From a virus (lineage: Duplodnaviria > Caudoviricetes): a stretch of 33,358 bases of DNA. The translations under genes were made by a program, and so were the position numbers. Position 1 is the first letter of the stretch. Each line of letters begins with the position of its first letter. The DNA is taken from positions 1 through 33,358 of IMG/VR virus record IMGVR_UViG_3300049139_000081, one strand, 5' to 3'. This document shows positions 24,581-33,358 of the stretch, in pieces. Below the pieces are notes generated by a model. That model was not told the origin of the DNA and did no database searches. It saw nothing but the letters and a program-made list of their open reading frames with translations.

Positions 24581-27225
24581 CCGACCCACAGACCACCGAT
24601 CTCCGGGCCGCCGCCCAGGAGCTGCACGACGCTGGCCTGTGCGTCCTGCCCATCAAGGCCGACGGCAGCAAGCGGCCGGCCGTGTCCTGGCTCCAGTACA
24701 AGGTGAACCGCAGCACGCCCGCCGAACACGACAAGTGGTTCACGCCGGGCCGGGCCGCTGGCATCGCCGTCGTCTACGGCGCCGTGTCCGGCAACGTCGA
24801 GATGCTGGAGTTCGAGGGGCGAGCGCTCGACCTGCTCGACGAGGTCACCGAGGTGATGGACGCCTCCGGACTCGGGGAGGACTGGGCCGCCATGATGGGT
24901 GGCTGGGTCACCGAGTCCCCGAGCGGCGGCCTGCACGTCCGTGTCCGCATCGACGGCGGCGACGTGCCCGGCAGCGCCAAGCTGGCGTCCCGGCTCGCCG
25001 AGGAAGACGAGTACACCGACGAGGAGCGGCAGCGGCTGCGGGAGAAACCGAATAGCCGCATCGTCCGCGTCCTGATCGAGACGCGCGGAGAGGGGGGGTA
25101 CGGCCTCGTCGAGCCGTCCGGCGGCTCCGTCCACGCCTCCGGGCGCCCGTACCTGCGTAAGGCAGGCGGCCCCGGCTCCATCCCCACGCTGACCGCCGAC
25201 AAGATGGACGCCATCCGCACGGTGTGCCGGATGTTCGACACCCTGCCCGTGCCCGAGGCCCCGAAGACGGCGCCTAAGCCGCAGGCTCCCCTCCCCGACG
25301 GCGGCGTCCGGCCCGGAGAGGACTACGAGGCGCGCGCCGACTGGGCGGACATCCTGCGCGGCGTCTTCCGGCCGCTCATCACCCGCGGCAGCACCACCTA
25401 CTGGGGATGGGCCGACGGCGTCGGCGGCGTCAAGGCCACCACGGGCCGGGACCCGGAGAAGGACCGGTTGTACGTGTTCGCCACCGGCTCCGAGTTCCAA
25501 GCGGACGTGCCGTACTCCAAGTTCGGGGCGTACACGCTGCTGGAGCACGGCGGCAACTTCAAGTCCGCAGCCGCCGAGCTTCGCCGGAAGGGGTACGGCA
25601 CCGAGCCGCCCCGCCGACGCCTGTCCTCCGTGCCCGCCCAGTCGCAGCACTTCGCCGACGGATCGTCCGCGCTCGACCCCGACCACACTCCCGACGCGGA
25701 CGCAGGGTTCGAGGGCGGCCCGCAGCTGCGCTCGGTGCCGTCCCGTCCCGAGCTGGACATCACCAACGAGGCCGACGCCATCGACGGAGTCCTGCGGCTC
25801 ATGGCCGACGGGAAGCTGCCCGACCTCTACAAGCGCTCGGGCGGCCCCTGCTGGGTGTACCGCGACGACAACGACGACCCTGTGGTGCAGCAGCTCGGCA
25901 GCGACAACCTGCGTGCGTACCTGGCCGACGCGGTCACGTCGTTCACGCTGAAGCGCAACCCGGTCACCGAGCAGCTGGAGGAAGAGCGGGAGCTGCTCAT
26001 GCCCAAGAGCTGCTCGACGATCCTGGGCCGGAAGGACTGGCCGCTGCCCGTGCTGCGCGGCGTCGTCACGTCCCCGGTGATCCGGCCCGACGGCTCCCTG
26101 CTCGACTCCCTCGGCTACGACCGCGCTACCGGCCTGTACCTGGAGCCGCGCGTGCCGCTGCGCAGGCTCGCCCCGCAGGTGACGCGGGACAGCCTGGATC
26201 GGGCGAAAGAGATCGTTCTGCGGCAGGCCCTGGCCGACTTCCCATGGGTGGGCCCGAGCGACCGTGCGCACTACCTGGGCGCGCTGCTGACCCCGATCCT
26301 GCGTCCGTTCTTCCACGGGCCGACGCCGATGATCGTGCTCACCGCGACGGCCGCAGGGTCCGGCAAAACGCTGCTGAAGGACATATTCCGGCACTGCTAC
26401 GGCATCGCCGACACGGCCTGGCCCGAGAACGACACCGAGCTACGGAAGACGATCACGACGCAGCTCTACGGCACCGGCCAGCCCGTCGTCGTACTCGACA
26501 ACCTGCCGAACGGCTACGTCATCAAGTCGCCGGTCCTGTCCGCGCTGCTGACGTCCGAGGTCTGGGGCGACCGCGTGCTCGGCGCCACGTCCAAGGTCAC
26601 CATGCCGAATGACCGCCTGTGGATCGTCACCGGCAACGCGCTGCGCACCGGCGGCGACAACGGCCGCCGCGTCCTGTGGGTCCGCCTGGACCCCGACTGC
26701 CCCGACCCCGACCAGCGCGACGGCTTCACCGTCGGCGACCTGCGGCCGTGGCTGCGCGCCAACGCCTCGACCCTGGTCGCCGCCCTGGTGACCCTGGTCC
26801 GCGCCTGGGTCGCCGCGGGGGCGCCGCAGGTCCGCGTCCGCAAAGGCGACTACAGCGAGTGGGCCAGCCACATGGCCGGCCTGCTCGACTTCCTCGGCGT
26901 CGAAGGATGGATGGCCGACCGCGACGAGGCCCGCGACCAGGATGACGAGCTGCTGGAGTGGGCCATGTTCCTGGAGATGTGGCGGGAGACCTACGGCGGC
27001 GAACCGCTCACCACGGGCGCGCTCATCAAGGGACTGCCCAACCACGTGCCGAGGAAGGGCGACGAGCCGCCGAGCGCCAACCAGCTCGGCATCTGGCTGA
27101 AGGCCAGGCAGGGCCGCTACTTCGGCACGCACAAGGTCGTCATGGTCGTCGACAGCCACCGCAAGCAGAACCTGTGGCGCGTCGAGGTCCACGCCGACCG
27201 CGGCACCGGCGGGCACGAATCATGA
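24577..27225 (+). CDS. Bifunctional primase/polymerase fused to a P-loop ATPase (primase-helicase)
   Basis: LCVLPI..GSKRP, MLEFE, SPSGGLH, ETRGEGGY prim-pol motifs; Walker A AAGSGKT, Walker B VVVLDN, VTGN; TTG start after GGGAG. Confidence 0.88.
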   Translation: MTDPQTTDLRAAAQELHDAGLCVLPIKADGSKRPAVSWLQYKVNRSTPAEHDKWFTPGRAAGIAVVYGAVSGNVEMLEFEGRALDLLDEVTEVMDASGLGEDWAAMMGGWVTESPSGGLHVRVRIDGGDVPGSAKLASRLAEEDEYTDEERQRLREKPNSRIVRVLIETRGEGGYGLVEPSGGSVHASGRPYLRKAGGPGSIPTLTADKMDAIRTVCRMFDTLPVPEAPKTAPKPQAPLPDGGVRPGEDYEARADWADILRGVFRPLITRGSTTYWGWADGVGGVKATTGRDPEKDRLYVFATGSEFQADVPYSKFGAYTLLEHGGNFKSAAAELRRKGYGTEPPRRRLSSVPAQSQHFADGSSALDPDHTPDADAGFEGGPQLRSVPSRPELDITNEADAIDGVLRLMADGKLPDLYKRSGGPCWVYRDDNDDPVVQQLGSDNLRAYLADAVTSFTLKRNPVTEQLEEERELLMPKSCSTILGRKDWPLPVLRGVVTSPVIRPDGSLLDSLGYDRATGLYLEPRVPLRRLAPQVTRDSLDRAKEIVLRQALADFPWVGPSDRAHYLGALLTPILRPFFHGPTPMIVLTATAAGSGKTLLKDIFRHCYGIADTAWPENDTELRKTITTQLYGTGQPVVVLDNLPNGYVIKSPVLSALLTSEVWGDRVLGATSKVTMPNDRLWIVTGNALRTGGDNGRRVLWVRLDPDCPDPDQRDGFTVGDLRPWLRANASTLVAALVTLVRAWVAAGAPQVRVRKGDYSEWASHMAGLLDFLGVEGWMADRDEARDQDDELLEWAMFLEMWRETYGGEPLTTGALIKGLPNHVPRKGDEPPSANQLGIWLKARQGRYFGTHKVVMVVDSHRKQNLWRVEVHADRGTGGHES

Positions 27226-27236
27226 CCGGCCCTTCT

Positions 27237-27554
27237 GCGGGGAGTGCGGGGACTTCGCGGGGAGTCCTGCGGGGACTTCACACACTCCCCGCACCGGGGC
27301 CGACCTGCACGGATGCGGGGACGCGGGGAGTTGCGGGGACCTGTCCCGCTCCCCTGTATGGCGCGTGCGTCCCGCATGCATCGCGCATCACGCATGCCGC
27401 ACGTCATCACGGCGACGTTCAGTCGGCTTCCGGCATCAAGGGATTTCCCAACTCCCCGCAACTCCCCGCATCCCCGCAAAACCGCTGATCAGCGCCACAC
27501 CTGGAGTTGCTGCGACTCCCCGCATGAGTCCCGCCGACTCCCCGCACTCCCCGC
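27237..27554. repeat. Iteron-like GCGGGGA array, probable replication origin
   Basis: Seven forward and seven reverse-complement heptamers between rep and helicase genes. Confidence 0.8.
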
Positions 27555-27582
27555 AACAGCCCAGCAACGAGACGAGGTGACC

Positions 27583-29205
27583 ATGAACGCCTTCACCCCC
27601 AGGCCCTACCAGCGCGACGCCATCGCCGCGCTCCGCGCCGGATGGGCCGCCGGTCAGAACCGCCTGGCCGTCGTCCTGCCGACCGGCGCCGGCAAGACCG
27701 TCGTTTTCTCCCACCTGGCGCACCAGATGCTCGACGGCCTCGGCGGCCGCCGCGTCCTGGTGATCGCCCACCGGGAGGAGCTGATCGAGCAGGCCGCTTC
27801 CAAGCTGCTCGCCGTCGACCCGATGCTGCGGGTCGGCATCGTCAAGGCCCAGCGCGACGACCACGCCGACGCCGACGTGATCGTCGCCAGTGTCCAAACC
27901 CTGGCCGTGCCGAAGCGCCGGGAGGCCATCCGCGATATCGGCCTGATCATCGTGGACGAGTGCCACCACGCCGCCGCCCGCACCTACATGGAGGTCCTCG
28001 CCCACTTCGGCGCCTGGGACGGCGTGCCGGTGGCCGGCTTCACTGCGACCATGACCCGCGCCGACGGCGGCTTGGCCGAGGTCTGGGAGGACGTCGTGTT
28101 CCGGCTCGACATCCTCGACATGATCTCGGACGGATACCTGTGCGACGTGCGCGGCAAGCGCATCACCGTCGACACCCTCGACCTCGACAAGGTGAAGACC
28201 CGGAACGGCGACCTGGTCGACGGCCAGCTCGGCAAGGCGTTGGAGGACTCCGGCGCGCTGGACGCCATCGCCAAGGCGTACCTCGAGCACGCGGCCGGCC
28301 GACCGGGCGTCGTCTTCACCCCGACCGTGGCGACCGCCCAGGCCGCCGCCGCCGCGCTCACGGCGGTCGGCATCACAGCGGCCCCGGTGTGGGGCGACAT
28401 GGGCCGCGACGAGCGGCGCGCGACGCTCGCCCGGTACGAGGCCGGCGACGTCCAGGTGCTCACCAACTGCATGGTGCTCACCGAAGGGTTCGACGCCCCC
28501 CACACCAGCTGCGTCGTCGTTGCCCGGCCGACCAAGTCGCCCGGCCTGTACGTGCAGATGGTGGGCCGGGGCCTGCGCCTGGCTCCTGGGAAGCAGGACG
28601 CACTGCTGCTCGACGTCATGGGCGCGTCCACCAAGCACAAGCTCGCGTCCATGGTCGACCTGACCGCGCGTGAGGTCGGCGAGGCCGAGGAAGGCAAGAG
28701 CCTGCGGGAGGTCGCCGAGAAGGCGGAGAAGGCGGCGGCCGCCGAGAAGCGCCGTGCCATCGCAGCCCGGATCGAAGCCGAGGAGTTCAACCTGTTCGGT
28801 TCGTCCGCGATCCGCTGGCTCCGCACGCCGGACGGCACCTGGTTCATCCGCCTGAACAGCGCCATGTTCCTGTTCCTGCAGCGCGACCCCGGGACCCGGC
28901 TGTACCGGATGCGCCGCTGGACCGAGGCGCACGGCGTGCACCCGCCCAAGGACGACATCGCCCGGCCGCTGCCGGAAGCCCTGGCGTGGCTGGAGCAGCA
29001 GGCCAAGGTCCTGGCGCCCGGCGCGTTCGTCGCCCGGCAGGCCCGCTGGCGCGCGAACCAGCCCAGCCCGAAGCAGATGGGCCTGTGCCGGCGCCTCGGG
29101 ATCGCTGTTCCGCGCGGTGCGTCCGCTGGCGACGTCGCCGACCTGATCGACCAGGACCGCGTCGGCCGCGTCCTGGGCCAGCTGATCCTTCCGACCGCCG
29201 CGTAG
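27583..29205 (+). CDS. SF2 DExH helicase
   Basis: PRPYQ, LPTGAGKT, DECHH, GFTAT, LTEGFD, QMVGRGLR; GAGGTG RBS before ATG 27583. Confidence 0.93.
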   Translation: MNAFTPRPYQRDAIAALRAGWAAGQNRLAVVLPTGAGKTVVFSHLAHQMLDGLGGRRVLVIAHREELIEQAASKLLAVDPMLRVGIVKAQRDDHADADVIVASVQTLAVPKRREAIRDIGLIIVDECHHAAARTYMEVLAHFGAWDGVPVAGFTATMTRADGGLAEVWEDVVFRLDILDMISDGYLCDVRGKRITVDTLDLDKVKTRNGDLVDGQLGKALEDSGALDAIAKAYLEHAAGRPGVVFTPTVATAQAAAAALTAVGITAAPVWGDMGRDERRATLARYEAGDVQVLTNCMVLTEGFDAPHTSCVVVARPTKSPGLYVQMVGRGLRLAPGKQDALLLDVMGASTKHKLASMVDLTAREVGEAEEGKSLREVAEKAEKAAAAEKRRAIAARIEAEEFNLFGSSAIRWLRTPDGTWFIRLNSAMFLFLQRDPGTRLYRMRRWTEAHGVHPPKDDIARPLPEALAWLEQQAKVLAPGAFVARQARWRANQPSPKQMGLCRRLGIAVPRGASAGDVADLIDQDRVGRVLGQLILPTAA

Positions 29206-29263
29206 TGGTCCGGGCCTGTCGCTATCAGGCCCGGACCTCCACCCATCACACCACGGAGGACCT

Positions 29264-30433
29264 GTGATCACCGAACTGTTCCGAGGGCCTGGCGGCTGGG
29301 CCGAGGGCCTGCGCCTGCTCGGCCTCGCCGATGTCGGCCTTGAGTGGGATACAGCCGCCTGCCGCACCGCTCACGCTGCCGGCCACGCCACCATCCAAAC
29401 TGACGTTTCCGCCTACTCCACCGCCCCGTTCACCGGCCGCGCAACCGGGCTCATCGCCTCACCGCCCTGTCAGGCGTGGTCCCGGGCCGGGAAGCGCGGC
29501 GGCCTGGCAGACCAGCCACTCGTGCACCAGGCAACCCACGACCTCGCTTACGGCCGCGACACCCGGGCCGAGCTGCTCGCCCGCTGCAAGGATCCTCGGT
29601 CGCTGCTGGCCGCCGAGCCGATGCGCTGGCTGTACGACCTGCGGCCGGAGTGGGTGTGCATGGAGGAAGTCCCCGACGTCCTGCCGCTGTGGAAGCAGTA
29701 CGCGCTGTACCTCCAGCAGTGGGGCTACAGCACGTGGGTGGGGGTACTCAACGCCGCCGACTACGGGGTGCCGCAGAAGAGGAAACGGGCGATCCTCATC
29801 GCCTCCCGCGTCCGCCCGGTCACCGCCCCGACACCGACGCACGCGAAGGACCCGGCGCACGACTTGTTTGGGGACTGTCTCCTGCCGTGGGTGTCCATGG
29901 CGGATGCCCTCGGCTGGGGCGCCACCGACCGCGTCGCGCCCACCGTCACCGCCGGCGGCGGAAAGACGGGCGGGGCCGAGCCGTTCCCGTCCCAGGCCCG
30001 CCAGGCGCTCCTCGACGCGCAGGGCCGCGGCGCCTGGGTGCTGCACACCAACCGGAACCAGCAGCCCGACGGCAGTCGGCAGACCACCGACCCGCACGCC
30101 GCGCCCGCACCCGCGTTCACCGCGAAGGCCGGCGGCCAGTGGGTGCTGAAGCGGCCGGCCACCACGGTCTGCGCCACGGACCGGATCTCGCCGCCCGGGC
30201 ATCGCAACCGGGAGAAGGGCGGCGAGTCTCAGTTCGCCAGCCCCGACACCGTCCGCATCACCGTCGCCGAAGCCGCGATCCTCCAGTCGTTTCGGCCGGA
30301 CTACCCGTTCCAGGGCACGAAGACGAAGCAGTTCGAACAGGTCGGCAACGCCGTCCCGCCGTTGCTGGCCGCACACATCGTGTCCGTGGCCGCCGGCATC
30401 CCCGTCCACCAGGCCGAGGAGGTAGCGGCATGA
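29264..30433 (+). CDS. Orphan C5-cytosine DNA methyltransferase
   Basis: Motif I ELFRGPGG, IV SPPCQ, VI MEEV, VIII YGVPQKRKR, IX LQSF..DY, X QVGNAV. Confidence 0.92.
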   Translation: MITELFRGPGGWAEGLRLLGLADVGLEWDTAACRTAHAAGHATIQTDVSAYSTAPFTGRATGLIASPPCQAWSRAGKRGGLADQPLVHQATHDLAYGRDTRAELLARCKDPRSLLAAEPMRWLYDLRPEWVCMEEVPDVLPLWKQYALYLQQWGYSTWVGVLNAADYGVPQKRKRAILIASRVRPVTAPTPTHAKDPAHDLFGDCLLPWVSMADALGWGATDRVAPTVTAGGGKTGGAEPFPSQARQALLDAQGRGAWVLHTNRNQQPDGSRQTTDPHAAPAPAFTAKAGGQWVLKRPATTVCATDRISPPGHRNREKGGESQFASPDTVRITVAEAAILQSFRPDYPFQGTKTKQFEQVGNAVPPLLAAHIVSVAAGIPVHQAEEVAA

Positions 30434-30753
30434 GGCGCCGTCCACCCCTCGGGGCCAGCGCGGTCTGGGAAGCCGTCATGGAGCCCGCAGGCCATCAGTG
30501 CCAGTGCGAGGGCGGCCTGTGTGGCTCCAAGCACTCCGAGACCGGCCTGCGCTGCATCCGGACCGCCAGCACCGGGCGGCTGATCGTCGCCCCCGCCGAC
30601 CTGACCCTGTCGACCGTCGCGGCGGCGGCCGTGCCCGTCGAGGAGCTGCGCGCCTGGTGCGCCAGCTGCCACACGAAGGCCCGGAACCGGCAGTTGGCCA
30701 ACCTGCGGGAGCTGGAGCGGCAGACCGCCGACGAACCCCTGTCCCTGTTCTGA
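30430..30753 (+). CDS. Cys-rich hypothetical protein, possibly a degenerate HNH-like Zn fold
   Basis: ATGA-coupled; CQCEGGLCGSKH...C and LRAWCASCH. Confidence 0.7.
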   Translation: MRRRPPLGASAVWEAVMEPAGHQCQCEGGLCGSKHSETGLRCIRTASTGRLIVAPADLTLSTVAAAAVPVEELRAWCASCHTKARNRQLANLRELERQTADEPLSLF

Positions 30754-30817
30754 CCGCGTCGGCCGCCCCGCAGGGAGCACGGGGCGGCCTCCCACCCATC
30801 ACACCACGGAGGACCAC

Positions 30818-31141
30818 ATGGACGACTTCACCTCGGAGACCACCACCCGCACCATCCACCGCTGGATCGTCCCGGCCGCCGAGCCGCAAGGCGCCGACGC
30901 TGCCGAGATCGGCAAGGCGTGGGCCGTCGCTGAGCGCGCGTACCGGGACCACTTCGGGTTCCCCGACGAGCGGCCCCTACATGGCGACGCGCTCCGGTTC
31001 CACGTCCGCGACGACGAGATCGTCATCGAGTTCGCGACCGAGGCCCGGCATAACGGCGCCGCACCGTTGCCGACCGGCTACACCGACCGGCCCGTCCCCC
31101 GCGACGTCACTGACGTCCGTGCCCAAGGAGACCTCCTGTGA
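30818..31141 (+). CDS. Hypothetical protein
   Basis: GGAGG RBS; GTGA-coupled to the next gene. Confidence 0.75.
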   Translation: MDDFTSETTTRTIHRWIVPAAEPQGADAAEIGKAWAVAERAYRDHFGFPDERPLHGDALRFHVRDDEIVIEFATEARHNGAAPLPTGYTDRPVPRDVTDVRAQGDLL

Positions 31142-31398
31142 AGCGTTACACCGCGAGCGACATCACCGACGACGCCTTGGACGCGCTGTACGCCAACGCC
31201 AACAAGGGCTGGCGCCGCGGCGACCGCTGGAAGGAGCGGGCCCTGGCCGCCGAGGCCGCCATCGAGCGCGTGACCTCCTGGTGCGACCAGCTCGACCAAG
31301 GCGTGCGGACCCTGACCAAGGAACCCACCGCCGAACACCCGGTGGCCGCGAACGTCCGCCAGCGGCTGGCAGCACCCGAGGAGAGCACCACCCCGTGA
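31138..31398 (+). CDS. Hypothetical helical protein
   Basis: TASDITDDALDALY N-terminus; coupled at both ends. Confidence 0.75.
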   Translation: MKRYTASDITDDALDALYANANKGWRRGDRWKERALAAEAAIERVTSWCDQLDQGVRTLTKEPTAEHPVAANVRQRLAAPEESTTP

Positions 31399-32006
31399 CC
31401 TGCGAACTGTGTGACCGCGCGGCCAGCGGCTACCTGTGCACCCGGCACCAGGAGCAGCTGGCCGCGCGCCTGCGTGAACTCCCCGCCCTGTACCGCGAGG
31501 CAGCCGACTGCCTCGTCCCCCGCCGCACCGGCTGGGGCGACATCATCGCCACCAAGAGCGCGGCCGGCCCCCGCTCCCCCGTCAACGAGGACGTCATCGA
31601 CACGGTGAACTGGGCCCGCGCCACCGAGGTCATCCACTCGTGGCGGGCGGACGTCCGGCGGCTGCGCTGGCCGCACCGTGGGGCCACACCGCCCGCCCGG
31701 CTGGACGCCGACTGCCGATGGCTCGCCCAGGAACTGGACTGGATCGTCGCCCAGTATCCGGCGGCTGGCGACCTCGCCCGCGAGGTTGGCGAGCTGACCA
31801 GCTCCGTCCGCTCGATCGTCGGTGACCCGGAGCCGCGACGGCAGCGGATCGGCTACTGCGTCGCGCTCGTTGGCGAGGGCGTGGTGTGTGGGGCGGTGAT
31901 ATCCCGGATGCCGGGCGAGACGCGGCTGAAGTGCGGGTGGTGCGGCACCGAGTACGGGCCCGAGGACTACCTGCTGCTGAAGCACTTCCAACCTGATGCG
32001 CCCTGA
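31395..32006 (+). CDS. Zn-finger protein, possible transcriptional regulator
   Basis: N-terminal CELC...CTRH; C-terminal C...CG...CGWCG ribbon; last gene of the early operon. Confidence 0.7.
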   Translation: MTCELCDRAASGYLCTRHQEQLAARLRELPALYREAADCLVPRRTGWGDIIATKSAAGPRSPVNEDVIDTVNWARATEVIHSWRADVRRLRWPHRGATPPARLDADCRWLAQELDWIVAQYPAAGDLAREVGELTSSVRSIVGDPEPRRQRIGYCVALVGEGVVCGAVISRMPGETRLKCGWCGTEYGPEDYLLLKHFQPDAP

Positions 32007-32030
32007 TGCGCACGCGATACGTTCAACCGT

Positions 32031-32060
32031 CTGGACAATTTGTTCAGCCTATGGAACGCT
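32031..32060 (+). promoter_or_regulatory. Distal promoter with operator O3
   Basis: CTGGAC-N5-GTTCAG at 32031-32047 and TGGACA-N17-AACGCT, same layout as 23202-23231. Confidence 0.7.
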
Positions 32061-32162
32061 GAGGAACGCAAGAAGGGCCGGGCAGCAGCTCGGGGGTTGC
32101 AGCCCCCGGCGCGCGCACCGCCCGGCCCTTCCACCGAACACCTGATCTGACCAGGAGTCGGC

Positions 32163-32732
32163 ATGACCGATCATTTCGCGCGCCCCGAGCGCGCCGCAAC
32201 CTCCCGCGAGGCTCGCGTCGCCGAGCTGCACCAGCTCGCCCGCGAGGACTACGCCAGCACCGCGCACCTCCGCAAGCAGATCCCGACCTGGCCCGTCCGG
32301 CCCGCCAGCGTCCGCCCGGCTGCCGCTCCGGCCTCCGTGCCCACCGACCTGGACGTGGCCATCTCCGTCGCCCAGGCCCTGCTCGGCAGCAACAACCCGC
32401 TGACCCTCCGCGAGGCCCTCCGCCTGCTGCTGCGCGCCCTCGGTGCCGAGCCCACCACGCGGCCGGTCGCCGACGAGATGCCGCCGCCCCCGGTCCGCGC
32501 CATCCCCGACGGCCTCGGCTGCGGTGCTGTCTCCGTCACCCGCATCGAGGGTTACAGCCCCCGCGACGGGAAGACGCACGGCAGCCTCGACGTCGCGGTC
32601 TACGCCTGCGCCGAGCACGCCCACGAGGCCCGCACCCAGTGGCTCGCCGGATTCACCACCCATAGCAGCCCGTCCCACATGGCCCACTGCGGGCACCGCT
32701 ACGACTACCGGCTGCCGGGCGGTGGCCAGTGA
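32163..32732 (+). CDS. Hypothetical protein with a C-terminal Cys/His cluster
   Basis: AGGAG RBS; CG...CAEH...HCGH; GTGA-coupled to the next gene. Confidence 0.75.
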   Translation: MTDHFARPERAATSREARVAELHQLAREDYASTAHLRKQIPTWPVRPASVRPAAAPASVPTDLDVAISVAQALLGSNNPLTLREALRLLLRALGAEPTTRPVADEMPPPPVRAIPDGLGCGAVSVTRIEGYSPRDGKTHGSLDVAVYACAEHAHEARTQWLAGFTTHSSPSHMAHCGHRYDYRLPGGGQ

Positions 32733-33358
32733 GCACCCGCACCCTCACCACCGGGCAGCGCGTCATCCTCGGCGCCGCGGCCGCCGTCATGGTCGCCGTC
32801 GGCACCGCCGGAGCGATCGGCACCTACAGCAACGCGCTCGCCGAGTTCTACCGGCAGGCCACCGCCGCCGGCGTCGTCGCCGCCGGCGAGGGCCTGACCC
32901 TGATCCTCGCCCTCACCATGGTCGGCCTGACCCTGCTCGGCCAGTCCGCCCCCGTCTGGGTGCGTGTCGGCCTGTGGCTGGCCCCGCTCGCCGCCTGCGG
33001 CACCGGCCTCGCCCTCGCCGACAACCCCACCGAGGCGGTCGTCTACGCGACGATGCCGCTCGGCATGTCCGGCGCCGCCGAGGGCCTCGGCCTGATCGCC
33101 CGCCGGATCGTCATCTACAGCACCGGCGTGGACGCCGAGGCCCAGCGTCGCACCGCGCACGCCGTGCAGCAGCTGGCGTACCACCAGGCCGCCGCCGAGC
33201 GGCACCCTGACGAGGAGACCCGCGAGGAAGCGTTGCGGAAGTCGTGGAAGCTGGCCAAGAAGGTCGGCATCGGCGACCAGGTCCTCGGCGCCGCCCTGGT
33301 CGACGTCCAGCGCGAGCGCATCACCGGCGGAGCGGATGCGGCCCTGGCCGGCATGTAC
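32729..33358 (+). CDS. Multi-pass membrane protein resembling Streptomyces plasmid transfer/spread proteins; 3' truncated and missing from the ORF track
   Basis: 210 open codons from GTG: STRTLTTGQRVILGAAAAVMVAVGTAGAIGTYSN..GVVAAGEGLTLILAL..LGQSAP..AAEGLGLIARRIV..QLAYHQA..SWKLAKKVG; about four hydrophobic segments. Family call is from recall. Confidence 0.6.
   Translation, partial: MSTRTLTTGQRVILGAAAAVMVAVGTAGAIGTYSNALAEFYRQATAAGVVAAGEGLTLILALTMVGLTLLGQSAPVWVRVGLWLAPLAACGTGLALADNPTEAVVYATMPLGMSGAAEGLGLIARRIVIYSTGVDAEAQRRTAHAVQQLAYHQAAAERHPDEETREEALRKSWKLAKKVGIGDQVLGAALVDVQRERITGGADAALAGMY

Larger units (their letters stand above)
1..33358. mobile_element. Temperate siphophage genome (actinomycete host, probably Streptomyces), partial; attP-intact form
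   Basis: Canonical order terminase-portal-scaffold-capsid-tail-tape measure-lysis-attP-int-repressor/cro-replication; no host genes seen; very high GC3. Confidence 0.95.

Noticed and set aside
27237-27554. CRISPR array or minisatellite
   Set aside because: Repeats are 7 bp, irregularly spaced and in both orientations; no cas genes.
27244-27582. N-terminal extension of the helicase shown in the ORF track
   Set aside because: It translates the repeat array; the RBS and first helicase motif point to ATG 27583.
29264-30753. Complete restriction-modification system
   Set aside because: No recognisable endonuclease; the adjacent Cys-rich protein lacks clear HNH catalytic residues.
1-33358. bldA-dependent TTA codons
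   Set aside because: The TTA/TAA strings I checked in called genes were out of frame; the check was by eye and not exhaustive.

Overview
A very GC-rich temperate siphophage genome, probably of a Streptomyces or related actinomycete host. Positions 77-18409 (+) carry packaging, head, tail and lysis genes, including a -1 frameshifted tail chaperone. Positions 18508-19986 hold an accessory GntR / three Cys-rich microprotein / XRE cassette. An intact attP at 20264-20308 is the 3' half of a tRNA-Lys(TTT) with arm-type repeats on both sides, so this looks like the virion or excised form. It is followed by a tyrosine integrase, a 73-aa ORF and a repressor on the - strand, divergent from cro/xis. The right arm has prim-pol/ATPase, a mirror-symmetric iteron array, an SF2 helicase, an orphan C5 methyltransferase and small Cys-rich genes. 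It ends in an operon with a copy of the switch promoter/operator that runs into a plasmid transfer/spread-like membrane protein truncated by the window end. Best leads: (1) a possible two-input DNA-damage circuit, with a LexA-box-like site before the 73-aa ORF and int, a PafBC/RecA-NDp-type promoter firing antisense into int, and a repressor lacking an autoprotease domain; (2) a possibly repressor-controlled transfer-like module inside a virion-producing phage; (3) several families of repeated structured RNA/DNA motifs. All product calls come from motifs and synteny read by eye; no searches were run.
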